Shown here in pieces: positions 26,746 through 30,396 of a stretch of 30,396 nucleotides of DNA. Numbering within the stretch: the stretch's first letter is position 1; every line of letters starts with the position of its first letter. The stretch comes from Alphaproteobacteria bacterium (lineage in GTDB: Bacteria > Pseudomonadota > Alphaproteobacteria > Micavibrionales > Micavibrionaceae), in NCBI GenBank assembly GCA_035904625.1, contig JAMHVA010000162.1, positions 1 to 30,396 of the forward strand. Reading direction: 5' to 3'. The notes below the pieces were generated by a model. The model was not told the origin of the DNA. It did not search any database and saw only the letters and a program-made list of their open reading frames with translations. The position numbers and the translations under genes are program-made.

Positions 26746-26979
26746 ATTCAAAAATTCTCATGAGAAGGCGGAATCGCCAGCAACCGAGGTTACACTCGAG
26801 TAAATCTTAAAACACATTGCAGATCAAAGCTTTTTTCCGAAAGTCACGCCGGTTTTACGAAAATTCTTGGGTTCGATCAAGGGCTTTGAAGGGAGGGGGT
26901 TGTCAACCTATGGATAACATATAGTCTCAGTGACGCGTTTCTTATAGATAGCTGCAAATCTGACCCCGGGGAGTCCCTT

Positions 26980-28470
26980 ATGACATCTTCATCTGTTTCA
27001 TCATCTATGGCACCGACGGCGGATTATGCGCCGCTGATCCGCAGCGAGGCGTATATCAACGGGCGCTGGACGGTACAGGCGGACGGCAAGAGTTTTGCGG
27101 TGACCAATCCGGCCACCGGTCTGGTCATAACCCATGTTCCTGATATGGGGCGGAATGAAACCGTTGCGGCGGTCGAAGCGGCGGCGGCAGCCTTTCCGGC
27201 ATGGCGCAAGCTGCTGGCAGGTGAACGCGCCCGTATACTGCGCCAGTGGCAGACCCTGATCGTGGCCCATGCCGACGCGCTGGCCGCGCTGATGACGGCA
27301 GAACAGGGAAAACCGCTGACGGAAGCCAGGGCCGAGGTCCTGAGCGGTGCGGCGGCGGTCGAATGGGCGGCGGAAGAAGCCAAACGTGTTTACGGTGATA
27401 CCATTCCGACCCACAAGGCCGATGCCCGCGTCATCGTCACGCGGGAACCGGTGGGTGTCGTCGGGGCGATCACGCCGTGGAATTTCCCGCATTCGATGAT
27501 CACCCGCAAGGTCGCCCCGGCGCTGGCGGCGGGATGTACCATCGTTCTCAAGCCCGCCGAGGACACGCCGCTCTCGGCGCTGGCGCTGGCCGAACTGGCG
27601 CAGGAAGCCGGTATTCCTGCCGGGGTTTTCAATGTCGTGACAGGCTCTTTGCAATCTGCTCCGGCGATCGGCGAGGTCCTGACCACCCATCCGCTGGTGA
27701 AAAAGATATCTTTCACCGGCTCGACCGAGGTCGGCAAGATCCTGATGCGCCAGAGCGCCTCGACGGTCAAAAAGCTGTCGCTGGAACTGGGTGGTAACGC
27801 GCCGCTGATCGTCTTCAATTCAGCCCCGCTGGAAAAGGCGGTTGAAGGGGCGGTCGCCAGCAAGTTCCGCAACGCGGGCCAGACCTGCATCTGTGCCAAC
27901 CGCATTTATGTTCAGGATGGTATCTATGATGATTTCGTCCGCCTGTTCATCGAAAAGGTCAAAGCGCTGAAAATCGGTCCCGGCGACCAGCCGGGCGTCC
28001 AGATCGGCCCGATGATCAATGCCGACGGGGTGGCCAAGGTCGTGCAGCATATCGAGGACGCGAAAGCCAAGGGTGCCAAGGTTCTGCATGGTGGCCACCA
28101 TGCAGACGGTTCCCTGTTCTTCCCGCCGACGGTACTCGGGGACATGACCCCGGCGATGCGCGTCCATCATGAGGAAACCTTTGGCCCGGTGGCGGGGCTG
28201 TTCCGGTTCAGCGATGAGGCCGATGTGATCCGGCTGGCCAATGACACCGCCTATGGGCTGGCTTCCTACTTCTATACCAGCGACCTGGGCCAGGCTTTCC
28301 GGGTGGCGGAAGCCCTCGAATACGGGATGGTCGGGATTAACGAGCCGCTGCTGGCGGCGGCATCGGTTCCGTTCGGCGGAATCAAGGAATCCGGCATTGG
28401 CCGGGAAGGCTCAAAATACGGTATCGAAGATTTCGTCAATATGAAGTATATGCTTGTCGGCGGTCTGTAG
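26980..28470 (+). CDS. gabD: NAD(P)-dependent succinate-semialdehyde dehydrogenase
   Basis: ITPWNFP, LKPAEDTP, SFTGSTEVG, SLELGGNAP, catalytic Cys in NAGQTCICAN, EETFGP and GREGSKYG. Confidence 0.88.
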   Translation: MTSSSVSSSMAPTADYAPLIRSEAYINGRWTVQADGKSFAVTNPATGLVITHVPDMGRNETVAAVEAAAAAFPAWRKLLAGERARILRQWQTLIVAHADALAALMTAEQGKPLTEARAEVLSGAAAVEWAAEEAKRVYGDTIPTHKADARVIVTREPVGVVGAITPWNFPHSMITRKVAPALAAGCTIVLKPAEDTPLSALALAELAQEAGIPAGVFNVVTGSLQSAPAIGEVLTTHPLVKKISFTGSTEVGKILMRQSASTVKKLSLELGGNAPLIVFNSAPLEKAVEGAVASKFRNAGQTCICANRIYVQDGIYDDFVRLFIEKVKALKIGPGDQPGVQIGPMINADGVAKVVQHIEDAKAKGAKVLHGGHHADGSLFFPPTVLGDMTPAMRVHHEETFGPVAGLFRFSDEADVIRLANDTAYGLASYFYTSDLGQAFRVAEALEYGMVGINEPLLAAASVPFGGIKESGIGREGSKYGIEDFVNMKYMLVGGL

Positions 28471-28591
28471 GCACCGATTCGCCTGCGTCCCGGTTTTCCC
28501 CGTTAAAGATTAACGTAACGGGAAAGGTTAACAAGTGTTCGCCGGAATCCTGAAAAGGCCGGTTTCCTGCTCTTTATTAACATAATAAAGT

Positions 28592-28620
28592 TTGACAGAA
28601 GCCTGAATAAAGTTTAAAAA
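28592..28620 (+). promoter_or_regulatory. Putative sigma70 promoter of the adhesin gene
   Basis: TTGACA (28592-28597), a 17-nt spacer, then TAAAAA (28615-28620), in an AT-rich intergenic region. Confidence 0.4.
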
Positions 28621-28702
28621 ACTCGGGTCCGTTAGGAAAACGTTTACATAGCACGATCATAATCCCCCTAGGGCTTTAGGGGAAAAATTAGGAGAAAAAG
28701 TA

Positions 28703-30396
28703 ATGGCTGGCCAAAATCTTCCGGTAGAAAAACCTCAAGCAGGTCAATCGGTTCAGACAAATTTGTCCGAGGGGCAGACGAACCTGATGTACAAGTCCGG
28801 TGATGTTCAGGATATGAAAGTCACGGGCGAGGGAAAACTGCTGGTGACATTCACCGATGGTGGCAGCCTTACCATCAATAACTTCAAAGATCTTGCATCC
28901 AAGGGAACCGTGTTGACGCTCGCCGATGGCAAGACGATCAACACCGCTGATCTCCTGACAGGCGCAGCTCCTTCCAACGACACAACAGCGCAAGCAGAAA
29001 TCCTCGTCGGCCAGCCAGCCCCGGGTGAGGAAGTCGTGCTGACGCTCGAGTCCGGACAAAAATACAATTTCTCCTTTAATAACGGTGCCAAAGAAAACGT
29101 CGAACAGGCGAACGGCGCGTTGATCATCACATTCGATGATGGCGGCAAGCTGGTGCTGAAGAACTTCAGCGAAGCGCTCGATGCGGCGGAACCGATTCAG
29201 ATCGCCGTCGAAGGCGATGTGATTTCGCTGGGTGAATTCGCTGACTTCCTGAAACTGGCCGATGCCATCAACGACAAGATGGATCAAGAAAAGCCGGTGA
29301 TGTCCGAGCTGCGCGATGAAGCGGGTGATGTCAGCAAGATCGAACCGGCCTCCGGTGACGAAGCGGCTGCCAAACAAGTGACAAGCGAAGATATGGCCGC
29401 CCTTGCGAAGCAATTGGCGGGCGTCGAGCCTGCCGCTGGCGATGCCGGTGGCGGTTCTGCGGGCAGCCGTGGCGGCTTTGGTTTCCAGAGCGCCGTTGAC
29501 TCTGCCAATATCAATCCGCTGAATGCGATCGGACCGATCGGACCGACAGCGCTGCAATTCGGCCTGCCGCAACCGCAAGAGCCGCTTTACATCAATGAAG
29601 AGCCGGAGCCGCTGGGCCCGCCGTCCATCACTGCAAACGCAGGCGTCGATAATGCCATCGTCAAGGAAGACGGTTCCGTATTCGTGCCGATCGTTGCCTC
29701 GACAGGCACAGGCGCCGATGGTGATGAAGTCATGACCGTGACGGTCACCGGTATCAATCCGGCATGGGGTGTGACATTCACAACCGGTACATACAACCCG
29801 GCCACAGGCACATGGACTGTGACACTGGCCCCGGGTCAAAGCTATAACGGCGGTCTGACATTCACACCGCCGGCAGATACAGATGCCGACATGCCCGGCC
29901 TGACAGCGACGGTCAGCGTCTATGATCCGGATACCAACACGACACAAACATCGACCGATCCGTTCAATGTTGTGACAGACGCGGTTGCCGATGCGCCGAC
30001 TGTTAACGCTGACGACAACGCAGGCGTCAAGAACACGGCGCTGGCTGTCGATATCTCTGGCGCTGTGACGGATACAGATGGTTCCGAAACAATCACGCAT
30101 TATCAGGTCTCAGGTGTACCTGCGGGCTTCACCTTCAACCAGGGCACAGATCTGGGTGGCGGCGTATGGCAATTCACACCGGCTCAGCTGGCTGGCCTGA
30201 CGATGTCAGCGCCTCTGAACTATCATGGTTCGATCAGCCTGGTCGCGACAGCCTTCAGCGGCGAAACAGCCCTGAGCGGCGGTGAAGTCGACTATACAGA
30301 CAACACCAACAGCGCCAGCGATCCGTTCGTCCTGACATGGACGCCAAAAATCACGCCGCCGGACATCACGCTTGATAACAAGCTCGATCTGGTGAA
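28703..30396 (+). CDS. Large T1SS-type adhesin (LapA/BapA-like), 3'-truncated; absent from the ORF track
   Basis: SD AGGAG at 28690-28694 and ATG at 28703; 564 codons with no stop by manual translation (MAGQNLPVEKPQAG...). No Sec signal; EPAAG motif; Asp/Thr-rich Ig-like repeats (VKEDGSV, DTDGSETI, GVWQFTPAQLAGL). Confidence 0.9.
   Translation, partial: MAGQNLPVEKPQAGQSVQTNLSEGQTNLMYKSGDVQDMKVTGEGKLLVTFTDGGSLTINNFKDLASKGTVLTLADGKTINTADLLTGAAPSNDTTAQAEILVGQPAPGEEVVLTLESGQKYNFSFNNGAKENVEQANGALIITFDDGGKLVLKNFSEALDAAEPIQIAVEGDVISLGEFADFLKLADAINDKMDQEKPVMSELRDEAGDVSKIEPASGDEAAAKQVTSEDMAALAKQLAGVEPAAGDAGGGSAGSRGGFGFQSAVDSANINPLNAIGPIGPTALQFGLPQPQEPLYINEEPEPLGPPSITANAGVDNAIVKEDGSVFVPIVASTGTGADGDEVMTVTVTGINPAWGVTFTTGTYNPATGTWTVTLAPGQSYNGGLTFTPPADTDADMPGLTATVSVYDPDTNTTQTSTDPFNVVTDAVADAPTVNADDNAGVKNTALAVDISGAVTDTDGSETITHYQVSGVPAGFTFNQGTDLGGGVWQFTPAQLAGLTMSAPLNYHGSISLVATAFSGETALSGGEVDYTDNTNSASDPFVLTWTPKITPPDITLDNKLDLV

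Noticed and set aside
26900-26925. TTGTCA...TATAGT sigma70 promoter for gabD
   Set aside because: The spacer is only 14 nt.
28621-28702. c-di-GMP riboswitch upstream of the adhesin
   Set aside because: I could not match the GEMM consensus elements or the P1/P2 stems by eye; an Rfam scan would settle it.
28688-30100. 470-aa minus-strand ORF in the track
   Set aside because: It is the antisense shadow of the real plus-strand adhesin, which has an SD and recognisable repeats.
1-30396. CRISPR arrays, IS elements, prophage genes, rRNA
   Set aside because: I saw no regularly spaced repeats, transposase/integrase/phage motifs or rRNA signatures.

Overview
A 30.4-kb, GC-rich chromosomal segment that looks alphaproteobacterial (the SerC type, a Cle-like regulator and the promoter style point this way; a Micavibrio/Rhodospirillales-like origin is only a guess). 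I found no mobile element, CRISPR array or rRNA. Most of it is housekeeping or envelope content: a partial SDR, an ArsR regulator, a GT9/GT4 pair, an alpha/beta hydrolase, tRNA-Ser(GGA), a UDP-glucuronate epimerase, mscS-CPA2-corA, an MFP-RND-MATE efflux operon, rsmC plus a HAD nucleotidase, serB/serC/serA and gabD. The unusual items are: (1) a stand-alone Clp/Hsp100 D1 AAA+ protein with no N-domain or D2 and no pore-loop Tyr; (2) a Cle-type CheY-like protein with a tandem YxGPxRR c-di-GMP motif, paired with an HPt-like protein that lacks the phospho-His; (3) an orphan amino-methyltransferase with APPF at motif IV, lying antisense between serC and serA; (4) two T1SS-type substrates, an RTX/DUF4114 protein and a large adhesin missed by the ORF track (starts at 28703, runs off the window) with a duplicated N-terminal domain and a LapA-like EPAAG motif; (5) a degenerate copy of the tRNA-Ser 5' half in the tRNA's own leader. 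All family assignments come from manual motif recognition; no database search was run.
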